A stretch of DNA of 64,000 bases. Source: Octopus sinensis (Eukaryota). The stretch spans positions 58,032,001 to 58,096,000 of the forward strand of contig NC_043001.1 in NCBI RefSeq assembly GCF_006345805.1. Direction: 5' to 3'. Of this stretch, positions 53,545 to 64,000 are shown piece by piece (the stretch's first letter is position 1; the number at the start of each line of letters is the position of its first letter). The translations under genes were made by a program, and so were the position numbers. The notes beneath the pieces were generated by a model, which searched no databases, was not told where the DNA came from, and saw only the letters and a program-made list of their open reading frames with translations.

Positions 53545-55449
53545 TTACATAGAGAGTATTTTGCGTAGGATATGAGCAGTTCCCATGAGCACTATCTTTT
53601 GAATTTCTGCCATTTTGGGGTTTCCTGGTATCTGAGTTAGGTAGCAATCAGTCCCTTTCGCTATCATTCCCAGGGCACCTATGACAACAGGTATTGTTTT
53701 AGTCTTCAGCTTCCACATTTTGCTGATTTCTATTTCAAGATCTTCATATTTGCTCAGTTTTTGGTAGGTCTTGACAGATACGTTTATATCGATTGGGACA
53801 TTCATATCAATGAGGAGGCATGTTCTTTGTCTGAAGTCTTTCAATATAATGTCTGGCCTATTTGCATCTATCTTCCTGTCAGTTTGAATGGTGAAGTTCC
53901 AGAGGAGTGAGATGTGGTCATTTTCAAGCACTGGAGGTGGATTGTGTTCCCACCAGTTTCTTTCATGGGGCAAATCCAGGTTTTTGCAAATTACCCAGTG
54001 AATATATTGTGCAGCTCTATCATGCCTACTGAGGTACTCTGTAGGCGCTAGAAGACTGCATTTGGAGACAACATGGTCAATGGTTTCATTTTGTTGTCGG
54101 CATACACGACATGTTGGGCTACTGCCGTTCTTTAATATGTTGGCCTGGTAGTTTCTTGTTGGTAGCCATTGATCTTGAGCTGCTATGATAAACCCCCCTG
54201 TTTCAGATTTTAAGCCAGAGGCCATTAGCCATTGATGGGTCAGGGCTTTGTCGATATCTGCATTATTCGCTCTCTTTGGGTATTTGCCATAGAGAGGTTT
54301 TTCTTGCCATTTATTATTCAGAATATCTAAGGCCGCAGATTTGGCACGGGTTTTCATGCGCCTAGCTTTTTCTGTGCTTGTTTCTTGTATATCTATCTCT
54401 AATTCCGAAATTGGTTGTATTCGGAATTCACTTAGATATTCCTTTGCCTGTTTTGTGACTGAGTGTGATGCTTTCTTGTTTTCATGTTTTGAGACAAGTT
54501 TTAACATCCAGTCCTCAGAGTTTTTCAGGTAGGTGTCTAGGCCAAATGTAGCAATCTTCATTGTTACTGCCAGTTGCAAAAGACCACGGCCTCCCTCTTT
54601 TCTTGGCAGATAGAGTCGTTCTGTATCTGCCTTAGGGTGGTGCATTCTATGCATTGTCAACAGTTTCCTTATTTTTCTGTCGAGCTGACATATTTCAGGA
54701 ATTGACCAGTTAACAATATTGAAACTGTAAGTCACGACTGGTATGGATAATGCATTGATCGCTTCGATCCTGTTTCTTGCATTCAGCTCTGTCTTGAGTA
54801 TTGCTCTCACTCTACTATAGCATTTTCTCCTGATCCTTTCCTTCATCTCTGAATGCCTTATTCCGTTCCCTTCAATTACCCCTAGGTACTTGTAGCTCTC
54901 CGCTGGGTCCAGTTCTTTTATGACATTCTGTTGGTCAAGGTTAACGTTAGATGTTTCTGTCATTTTTCCTTTGATAAAGGTAGCCTTTGCACATTTATCG
55001 AGGCCGAATTGCATTCTGATGTCGTCACTGAATTGTTTGACTATCGCTAGTAAGCCCTTGAGTTGTTGATCCTTTTTTGCAAAAAGCTTTAAATCATCCA
55101 TGTAAACGAGATGATTTATATTTTTATCAAACATTTTATACCCGTACTGCGCGTCATTGAGCAGCTTTGAGAGAGGTATTAAGGATAAACAAAAGAGAAG
55201 TGGTGACAGTGAGTCACCCTGGAAAATGCCACACGAAATGTTTACATCACCAGCATTTAGGGATTCATTGTCACTGTTCAGAGTTAGTGTGGTTCTCCAT
55301 GATCTCATACTTACAGTCAAGAAGTTTCGCAGAGTAGGTGCTATCTTATACATTTCCAGGCATTTCCTAATCCAGCTATGTGGTAAGCTATCAAAAGCCT
55401 TTTTATAGTCTATCCAGGCTATTGATAAGTTTTGTGTCGTTTGTGACAA
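53545..55449 (-). CDS. R4/Dong ORF, RT domains 3-7 + CCHC + restriction-like endonuclease (634 aa open)
   Basis: IDYKKAFD, GIFQGDSLSP, YMDD, YKYLG, CRVC...ETIDHVVSKC, RHD, NRPDI, IDMNVP.D, K..KY.DL. Confidence 0.92.
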   Translation of the reverse strand: MSQTTQNLSIAWIDYKKAFDSLPHSWIRKCLEMYKIAPTLRNFLTVSMRSWRTTLTLNSDNESLNAGDVNISCGIFQGDSLSPLLFCLSLIPLSKLLNDAQYGYKMFDKNINHLVYMDDLKLFAKKDQQLKGLLAIVKQFSDDIRMQFGLDKCAKATFIKGKMTETSNVNLDQQNVIKELDPAESYKYLGVIEGNGIRHSEMKERIRRKCYSRVRAILKTELNARNRIEAINALSIPVVTYSFNIVNWSIPEICQLDRKIRKLLTMHRMHHPKADTERLYLPRKEGGRGLLQLAVTMKIATFGLDTYLKNSEDWMLKLVSKHENKKASHSVTKQAKEYLSEFRIQPISELEIDIQETSTEKARRMKTRAKSAALDILNNKWQEKPLYGKYPKRANNADIDKALTHQWLMASGLKSETGGFIIAAQDQWLPTRNYQANILKNGSSPTCRVCRQQNETIDHVVSKCSLLAPTEYLSRHDRAAQYIHWVICKNLDLPHERNWWEHNPPPVLENDHISLLWNFTIQTDRKIDANRPDIILKDFRQRTCLLIDMNVPIDINVSVKTYQKLSKYEDLEIEISKMWKLKTKTIPVVIGALGMIAKGTDCYLTQIPGNPKMAEIQKIVLMGTAHILRKILSM

Positions 55450-56315
55450 TCTTCTAAGATCATCTTATTGATGAGTTGTTGGTCTTTACAGCCGTAGGAT
55501 CCACGTTTACATCCTTTCTGTTCATTAGGGAATATGCTGCTGTCTGCTAAAAAACTATAGGTATATTCCGTCAGGACAGATGTTAGTGTTTTGTACATAG
55601 TTGTTAAGCAGGTTATGGGTCTATAGTTTTTTGGTTCATTTGTTTCTTCACTTTTTGGAAGCAGGAATGTTAACCCATTAACTAGCCATGGAGGCATCCT
55701 ACTAGGGTGTTGCAAAACATCATTGTACAGTTCTGTTAGCAGTTCATGGCTCTCTGGGAAGGCATTCAGCCAGAAGTTGGGAATTTTATCCTTTCCTGGA
55801 GACTTCCATTTGCTTGACCTCCTGAGAGCAGATCTTATATCTTCTACCTTGACACCCTCCCACTTTTGCTCTTCTAAGGGGTCCAGTTCTGTAGATATTC
55901 TGTCAATCCAGGGGGCCTTTTCGTTGTGTGTTTTTTCTTCTGCCCAGATTTTATTCCAAAATCCCTGCACTTCCTCTTTTGATGGTACAGACCTTGCAGT
56001 AAACGCTGTTTTTCCTATCTTCCTGTAAAAATTCTTGGTGTTATTTTTGAACATGTTGTTGTCCTTGAAAAATCTAACACGCTTTTCATACCTCGCTATG
56101 CGGGCAGCTTTGGCAGATACCTTTTGTTTGATGGTTTCTATGGTGGCATCAATATCAAGTATAGTTTTCATATTGTATTTTTTCAGTAATTTTTGGGTTT
56201 TTGTAGGTTTGGTAGTCTTTTGAGCCTTAAGGTTTTTCAAATATTCAACGTCAGATCTAAATATTTTAATTTGTTGTTGCAGACGCTTTTGCCAAGAAGG
56301 CTTTTTGTGGGAATG
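55419..56315 (-). CDS. R4/Dong ORF upstream part (RT domains 0-2), out of frame with the downstream part by 1 nt
   Basis: PSWQKRL, SPGKDKIPNFWL, NYRPITCL, EQKGC.RGSYGCKDQ.LI; in-frame TAA at ~56316 separates it from the further upstream frame that reaches 56580. Confidence 0.88.
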   Translation of the reverse strand, partial: HSHKKPSWQKRLQQQIKIFRSDVEYLKNLKAQKTTKPTKTQKLLKKYNMKTILDIDATIETIKQKVSAKAARIARYEKRVRFFKDNNMFKNNTKNFYRKIGKTAFTARSVPSKEEVQGFWNKIWAEEKTHNEKAPWIDRISTELDPLEEQKWEGVKVEDIRSALRRSSKWKSPGKDKIPNFWLNAFPESHELLTELYNDVLQHPSRMPPWLVNGLTFLLPKSEETNEPKNYRPITCLTTMYKTLTSVLTEYTYSFLADSSIFPNEQKGCKRGSYGCKDQQLINKMILEDCHKRHKTYQ

Positions 56316-58291
56316 TTAACGTTTTCTAATCTTTACACCACATAGGATCTTTGAGATTTTCGCGGATGCATAGTATAGGTGGTTAAGGTTTGTGATATCA
56401 ACATCATTAGTTGAAATTATATCCTTAAGTGCAAGCCGGATTTTACCAATTATTTTCATGTTTTGGTTAGAGTTGCGGATTTTAGGAAGTGTATCACGTT
56501 CATCCATGCTGGTTTCTTTAATTTTCAGCCATTCAATCATGATTTGATTTTTTAGCTCATGTACCTCTGTTGGGTCAATATTTATTATTATTATTATTAT
56601 TATTATCATTATTATTATTATTATTATATTATTATTATTATTATTACTATTATTATTATTATTGTCCCCACAACAATACATAAATACACACATGTATATA
56701 TATACAGATGTTTGTGTGCATGTATATATATATATATATATATATGTTTGTGTGCATGTATATATATATATATATATATATATGCATACATACTTCCCTT
56801 TGGGGTTATTACTGCAACTCGAAGTAGGAAAAGAGTAGAATTGAGAGGAAGTTGTTTGTACATTTCTGAATTTATAAATCAAGGAAGAAACATCCACTAA
56901 TGCCTATGAATAAAAAGGTAAAGCAAGTCATTCTACATTTCTTGTTTCCTTTTCTCTCTTTGAATTAACCGATTTATTTGTCGTTTATTTTACTAATTTT
57001 CCTTCGAATACATTCAGTTATCAAACCTCTCATTTCAAAAATCTTATCAATCTCGATTCTCATAGTCATATAATAGATGTCATTTCAAATTCGTGCTTGA
57101 AACTCGGTTAAAATTTTATATACACATATATATAAATTTGTGTGTGTGTGTGTGTGTGTCTGTCTCTCTGCCTGTTTGTCTCTTTGTGTCTCTTTGTGTC
57201 TTGTTTGTGTGCGCGCGTATATTGTGTGTATGCCCGTAAGTGCTAATAAAATTCTATATTTGAAATTTCATAATTATAACCACTGCGAACTAAAGTCTGT
57301 GTACCCCACTCAAAAAAACAAAACAAAACAAAAGCAGATGGACAAATGGACACGAAACCGCTTTTCTTCATTTTGACAACATACGTATAGAAATGAATGT
57401 GAATCGCCCTTGTCACGTTACAGCTTACAAAACCTATCGTGGGAAAATAATTTACTGCTGGTAAATGTTTAGTTGACCAGCGAAATTGGATTAATTTTTA
57501 TTTTTGTCTTTTCAGCTCACATTTGCACTGCATGAGTTGCATTTTCTCTTCTTCAAAACACTATTATTTAGTTATTTTCGTGACTTATGATTTATATGAC
57601 TTATATGACATATATGACTTATATGAATAACGTAGTGTTAGAATCTAACAGCGTTTCCTTTATTATTGATTCTTAGGTATAAATATGTGGGGCATATTGA
57701 TATGTCATACATAAATATAATACTATATCTGTCCTAGTTGTACAAAACAGACCCTGAATGGGACTGCAAAATCAACAGCGATCTCCATGCAAGAGGTTGA
57801 CATTAGAAGATATATTAAAAGGAATTTTCACAATAATTAAACTATGAACGATAAATATCGCATATATCGAGCATTTTCTAGATACTGATACACTGAATTG
57901 TATTAGAATGTAATGTCAATGCCACAGAACCATTTCGTCAGACAATGCATCCTATTGGATCTGAACGTCTATAATTCACAGTTCTTGAGAATATAAACTA
58001 AATTGTATTATTGTATTCTGATAACGAGAGGCGTATTTCCTTGCGGAATTCTCAACATATGCGATATTTGTCTTGTACGTTGTAGTTGTGACTGCTCCTG
58101 CTAATAAATCGAGGGATGATGGCTTGTTTCTGATGCCTGTTTGGTATCGCTTTGCAGACTTTATATCATAGAATCTTCTAGTTCTCTCATGTTAAGAAAT
58201 ATCTGTTCAACTATCCTGTATAACATGGGTTTAATCTAAGACAGCATATTGAGGAAAAATATAGAATGTAGTTATTTCAGTAGATTTTTAG

Positions 58292-58730
58292 GAGTGGCTG
58301 CGTGGTAATTAGCTTGCCTACCAACCACAGTGTTCAGGGTTCATTCCCACAGCGTGACACCTTGGGAAAACATTTTGGGAAAACTTGGGAAAACGTTTTG
58401 GGAAACCTTTAGCTTCGGGCCGACCAAGGCCTTGTGAGTGGATTTGGTAGACAGAAACAGAAAGAAGCCCGTCGCATATATGTATATATAAATATATATA
58501 TATATTTACGTGTGTGTATATGTTTGTGTGTCTGTGTGTGCCCCCATAACATTGCTTGACAACCGATGATGGTGTGTTTACGTCCCCGTAACATAGCAGT
58601 TCAGCGAAATAGATCGCTAGAATAAGTACTAGGCTTCCAAAGAATAAATCTTGGGGTCGATCTGCTCGACTATAGGTGGCGCTCCAGTATGGCCGCAGTC
58701 AAATGACTCAAACAAATAAAAGAATAAAGC
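58292..58730 (+). mobile_element. tRNA-derived SINE, best-preserved copy of the abundant family
   Basis: ggagtggctgcgtggtaa (A-box-like), gggttcattccca (B-box-like), central (TA/TG)n, tail ggccgcagtcaaatgact.aaacaa.taaaagaataaa. Confidence 0.8.
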
Positions 58731-59929
58731 AAGAGGTAGAGTCATAGGTAGAGAGATCATTTGTTAATTATTCCGTAATGATCACAGTGAACACTCAGGT
58801 AAGTCGTAATATTAGTACGCTTCTTGAATTGTTTAAGAGCCTGTTGTAGATCGAAGTTACATGGCAGTGCAGCATTTTAAACTTTAATAAACCCCAATAG
58901 TTTAATATGATGTTAGTATCCGGACTATTGCCTTCATCGCAGCTGTTTAAAATCAAGCAGTCTAGTATTTTAGGCAAGTGTTTCTACATGTTCTATTGTT
59001 ACTACGTACGCGTTTAATAATCAATTTTGTTTCTCATACTTAGTAATCTAAAAAGGGCTGTCAAAATGTTTCTGATGATTTTATCGATTAACCCGAATTT
59101 ACAGGTTAATCCCCAAAGCTTACTTTTTAATAGTATGTTTTATGTTTTTTCTCTCTATTGTAAATTCCCTTTCAAAGTATTATTTATAGTAGATACATTC
59201 AAACATATGTGTGTTCTCTGTGGTGAATCTTCACTATTCATGTTGTTTGTATTCCGTACCAAAGGAATGTTTGGCAGAATAATTCGAATGTCAAACAAAA
59301 CACCTTTTAGTATTTGTTCGGATGTTTTAAAGTTCACTCATCAATTCCCGGCAAGTTGAATTTATCTTTTCTTCTTTCCGGGTCGATAAAATATAGTGCT
59401 AATCAGGTACTGCGGTCACCACAGTCCTTCTGTGTTGAACAGAACTAACCATCATCTTCCTCCTCCTTCCTTCTTCTCCTCTCCCACCTCCTTCCTCCTC
59501 CTCCTCCTCATCATCATCATCATCATCATTGAGTGAGAGAGCAGTGAGTGCCATCAAAATGACACGAGGATAAAATATATAAAGCCCAGTATACATATCA
59601 TGACTACGCTTCTGATAAGGGTTCAACAGGCACATGAATCACATTCATATGTGTGCAACATGGTAATCTTCTATTAATAAAAACAGCACATGACCTTGCA
59701 GGTGGAGCCCAGTTAGAATTCTTTTTAGGATGAGCAGCCTATCCCGCTCAAAATGTCTCTAAAATAAGGTTTGCTTAAGGATTTTGGAACACCCATGCTT
59801 CCAATGGTGAATTATTCAAACACCAAGGATTTCCTCTTAATGCATGGCTATGGCGTTTCCCTACTGCTTCTGCTCGTGATCAGAGATGTACATATCGTCA
59901 GCCACCAAGGGACAGGCAAATCTGTGGTA

Positions 59930-60102
59930 TTGAGCAAAATATTTGCTGTAGCCTCTTTTATACCAAGACAAATTGAGTATAATATTTGCTGTAGACCATC
60001 TTTTATACCAAAACAAATTGAGCAGAATATTTGCTGTAGCCCATCTACTATACCAAGATAAATTGAGCAGAATATTTGCTCTAAACCATGGTTTATACCA
60101 AG
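59930..60102. repeat. ~44-nt tandem repeat, ~3.7 copies
   Basis: ttgagcagaatatttgctgtagcccatcttttataccaagacaaa units starting near 59930, 59973, 60018, 60063. Confidence 0.85.
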
Positions 60103-63029
60103 ACTTATTATCCTTATTAAGTCGAGTTTGCAGAATCGTTATCGCTCTGGATAATATGCTTAACTTTACTTCGTCCATCTTTACGTTTTCAGTTTAAAAA
60201 CTGTCGAGGTCGAGTATTTCATCCCTTCGGTGACGATGAAATAAGTTCAAATTGTGTACTGGGGTTAATATAATCATCTAGCAACAACCCCACGAAAATT
60301 CCAGGCCTTGTTTTTGATCATTCAGCCTTTTGTCTTTCGTATGTCTTTCTTTTATGTATCCTACATTACTTGCAGTGGAAATCTATAGGTACATAGACAC
60401 TTATGTATAGTTCATATTCGATCTTACTATCAACACAAAACAACTGAGGTCCTATGCAGGTTTAGATTAATTGATCAACGGCTTAGTTAAATTACGTAAC
60501 ATCAAATTATTGAAAATTCCGCTATACTGAAGAAAATATCCCGTGCTGCATACTGGTATAGCTTAAGGAATAGCTTTAGTTAGAATACATTTACTCATGT
60601 GACTATATCGGCAATAATAACATCAGCAGTACCACGAACAACTATGATAAAAACCGCAAATCTGCAACACAAAGAAGAGAAAAAAATCAATAATGAAAGT
60701 GACTAGTAAATCCCATAAGAATCGCAAACATCATAAATAATTGCAAAAGTGAATGTGAAGTAGTACACAATAAACGTAAATCAAACAAAACGATTAAACA
60801 CAGACCAAATTTATAAAACTTGAGATGAACTAAATTATACAAATCCAACTAATTTCTAATCTGTTGGACAATACTCTCCTTCCATGGTCAATAGAATAAA
60901 ATGCTAGTAAAATAATGCCATTTTAATCAACCAGTGTTTTGTACCAGCATGCGATGGTGTGTTTAATATAGCAGATCTTAAATTGCGGTCCTACAACCAG
61001 GCTCCGATGATATGTTAAATATCACACCAATAGCACGCACAACATACGCGTCAATGTTATCTGTGTAAAACTTCATATTATTGTCAACACGACTTACACA
61101 CACAAATTTAAATATGCTCACAGACTTACACGTACACATTTTCTTTAAAAGTGCATCCCCCATTAACAAGGGAAAACACAACAGAAAATGGAATCTGTCC
61201 AACAATACTAAAGCTCATTACAAAATATCACCATGTCTCTGCATCGAGTTTACGTCTGTCCAATTAGGATGTCCACTTTTCAGACCAATGACGTTTTTAC
61301 AAACAAGTTGACAACCTTCTTAATTGGTCTTTTACCTCGAATCCTCAGCTAATTTGCAAATGAGTTATTATTTAATTACACTCACGTCACTTTTATTGCT
61401 GTTTACCTTGTTTGTCACAATTGATATTGTCAATGGTGTCACCGAATTAAACAGCGGTGATTGCAGTCACTGCCTACATTTGGTTCAGTTAAGGAATAAA
61501 AAGCAGATGTCTACACCCAATCAACAAATTGAAAGATAAAATAAAAATTAAATTACGTGGGTAATTTAGAGGAAAATATTTAAAGGGGAAAGGAGAAGAG
61601 AAACAGAAAACTAAGCAAACGCACGCTAATTTCTTTTTATCTACTTGATGTTTCTCCTTGTTAGTTAATGCTAGGATATAAAATAATCAGACTCTGTTAG
61701 CTCAATACTAAGGGAGAAGTGGTGAGAGTAAAGCATACACATAATTTTAATGAATAAAACATAGGCAAGCAAAGAATGTTGACAGGGATTTAATGTTGTG
61801 GGTGGAGGATTGAAAACAGAAAAAAAATCTAAAAAATAAAATGTCTCAATTGTCATGGTTACGAAAGATATAAATTGAGAAAACTTGGAAGGCAGCATGG
61901 AAAAAACGTCTAATAAATTTTATTAGTTAAATGATTATCGCTGCTGTTGTTGTTACTATTTTTAAATGTCCTGCCTCCAATTAAATGGAAGCAAGTAGCA
62001 AATTCAAATTAAGAGACAAGGAAATAGTTAATATTTGTTTTTTGACTAGACAAGCGTGCCAGGGTAATAAACTAAACAATTGATATAAGACAATAAAACC
62101 AAATAGTCATAAAACATATTGATTCAAATCTTGGCAAATGGGCTGCAAACTTTGTAGATTTGTGCATAACATCCACCCAAGTACAGAACTCGTGTTGATT
62201 TGTAATATTGACCCGAAAGCAATAAGTGGCAAAGTTCACTTCAGAGTAATTTGAAGTAAGTTAATGGCGAAAGTGAGGAGATACCATAATGCTTTTTTCT
62301 GTGATGATCACACTATTTTGCCGACCCACCGAACTACCAATTGAAGTGAAAGTAACAGAAGTAATAATATTTTTATTCTAATATTACCTCATGGCCTATA
62401 ATATGGAGGAGAGTAAGCAAATTGATCTCGTCGACACCAGGAAGTGTCTGGTACTTACTTTATCCACATCAAATGAAGGGGAAATCGACTTTGACGGAAT
62501 TTGATTCCAGAAATAAAGAGCCAGAAGAAAAGTCGATGACGATTTTGTCTGACTTGCTTAAGATTCAGCTAGCTTATTGACTCAATAATTTTCCTACTAT
62601 AGACACAAGGCTAAAAAACTTTGTGAAGTGGAGACCTTGGTTATATTCAGAGCTCAACTCTTCCTATTATCGAGCCAGGAAAGATGGAAGTCAAAGTGTC
62701 AGCATTTGAAATACATTAACGTAAAATCGGAAGTAATACCAAAAACTGAGAAATTTCTGTGAAACCATAAACAGAAGACTCAATAGATAAATGCTTGTGT
62801 AGAAACCCACAAATTGTCAGAAGGACAAATCATCTGTCTTTCTACAGATATGGAGGAAGTATGATCTTCACAATCCTGCATTCTGACAAACATGACCAAG
62901 CTCAGAATAGGCAGTATAAATGCACGTTGCATGGGGTCACCTTAAAACAGAGCCTCCACCCTTTCCTTTCTTTAGTTCAGAGCTTTTAATCCATTGTTGG
63001 CTTTTACCTAGATTCACTTCTGTGTCAAG

Positions 63030-63800
63030 CTTTGCAGGATATTTTCCATGAGGTGATTTTTTCCTCTATTTCTGTTTTAGTTTGTTTTGTACTTCTGTTT
63101 TCATGTTTCATTCACCATTTCTCCTGTGTTATTATCCGAGATTAGTGTTTCTGTGTAGTTTGTTTCTGTTTTCTATTGTGTTGTCTTACTATGCATAGAG
63201 AAAAGCGTTTTCTTTTCTTTTCTTTTTTTTTTTTTCACTTTTCAGGTTCCTTTATCAGATGTAGTAATTTTCAACTTTCTGTTTCAAAGTATTTTTCTAC
63301 TTCAACTTTTGTTGTTTTATCGTAGTTCTGAATCTGTGTCAGACAGCGACAGCCTTCTAAGCGGAGTAGATATATTATGTCCCTGTCTGCTTGTGGAGGT
63401 GAGTTCGGTATGCTCTTAATTGTTTCCTGGTTTTCTATGTAAGATTCTCAATTCACTACTCTTCCTCTTTATTATGTCGATGCTGTAATATATAACTGGT
63501 AGGGTTAACATTTTTAGTCTCATTATCTTATTTTTAGCATTCAGTTCAGTGTTTCTATTAACCTGACTTTTCTGTAGTGTTCTCTCCTTTTATATTTCAT
63601 ATCAGTGTGTTGTATTTTAGCTCTTTCATCTATTTCTAGATATTTGTATGACTGATTGTTGTCCAATACTCTGCCTATGTCGAGTGCTGTGTTTTCAGTG
63701 CTGATTTCTTTGCCTCATTTCAATGTTACATTTCTCCAACCTCGTGCTTATCCAATCTGTCTTTGCTGAAACTATTGACAATTGTTAGAAGGGTTTTCTG
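63030..63800 (-). pseudogene. Highly degenerate R4/Dong RT fragment
   Basis: NVTLK.GK...SYKYLEIDE..KIQH.DMK...REHYRKVRLI...NKI...LTLPVIYYSIDII parallels 54700-54990. Confidence 0.7.
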
Positions 63801-64000
63801 TTTCATGGTATCATCTTAAAAAAAAAGTCATCCATGTATTATTATTAGTTCAAGTTCCTAGGCCGTATTGTGCGTTTTGTACTTGAACAAAACATATCCA
63901 AAGTTGCTCTGTGATCACTTAGACACCTGACACGTGGTACACCGTGCACCTGTTCAGGTAACGTCAATTTGATGTAGTGAGTGAGCTAATGTACAGCACA

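Larger units (their letters stand above)
53345..56580 (-). mobile_element. Near-intact 5'-truncated R4/Dong-clade (RLE) non-LTR retrotransposon in a (TAA)n array
   Basis: RT, CCHC zinc knuckle and RLE in order; ~200-nt 3' UTR; (ATT)n flanks at 53231-53341 and 56582-56662. Confidence 0.92.

Noticed and set aside
59930-60102. CRISPR-like regularly spaced repeats
   Set aside because: Units are contiguous tandem copies with no unique spacers

Overview
AT-rich, microsatellite-dense eukaryotic DNA. The SINE families and repeat landscape suggest a coleoid cephalopod such as Octopus; this is my inference from recalled repeat sequences, not a database result. No intact host gene, tRNA/rRNA gene or CRISPR array is supported. 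Nearly all listed ORFs are microsatellite translations or transposon debris. Recognisable elements are a Helitron Rep/Hel relic, a complete non-autonomous Helitron, three mariner relics, a GC-rich hAT relic, a CR1 3' end, several SINE families, and many R4/Dong-type RLE non-LTR retrotransposons sitting in (TAA)n arrays, one of them nearly intact. The main signal is a set of four head-to-head palindromic insertions, each arm carrying a minimal type I hammerhead ribozyme (intact or point-mutated) pointing outward. (1) A ~3.4-kb Penelope-like GIY-YIG fold-back at 7777-11151. (2) A non-coding one at 11220-11709. (3) A dimer of a tRNA-headed SINE with a hammerhead tail at 24572-25396. (4) A circularly permuted, retrozyme-like element at 39078-39982. 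Three of the four sit in (TA)n tracts. A fifth, older fold-back lies in a very AT-rich block at 20984-21673.
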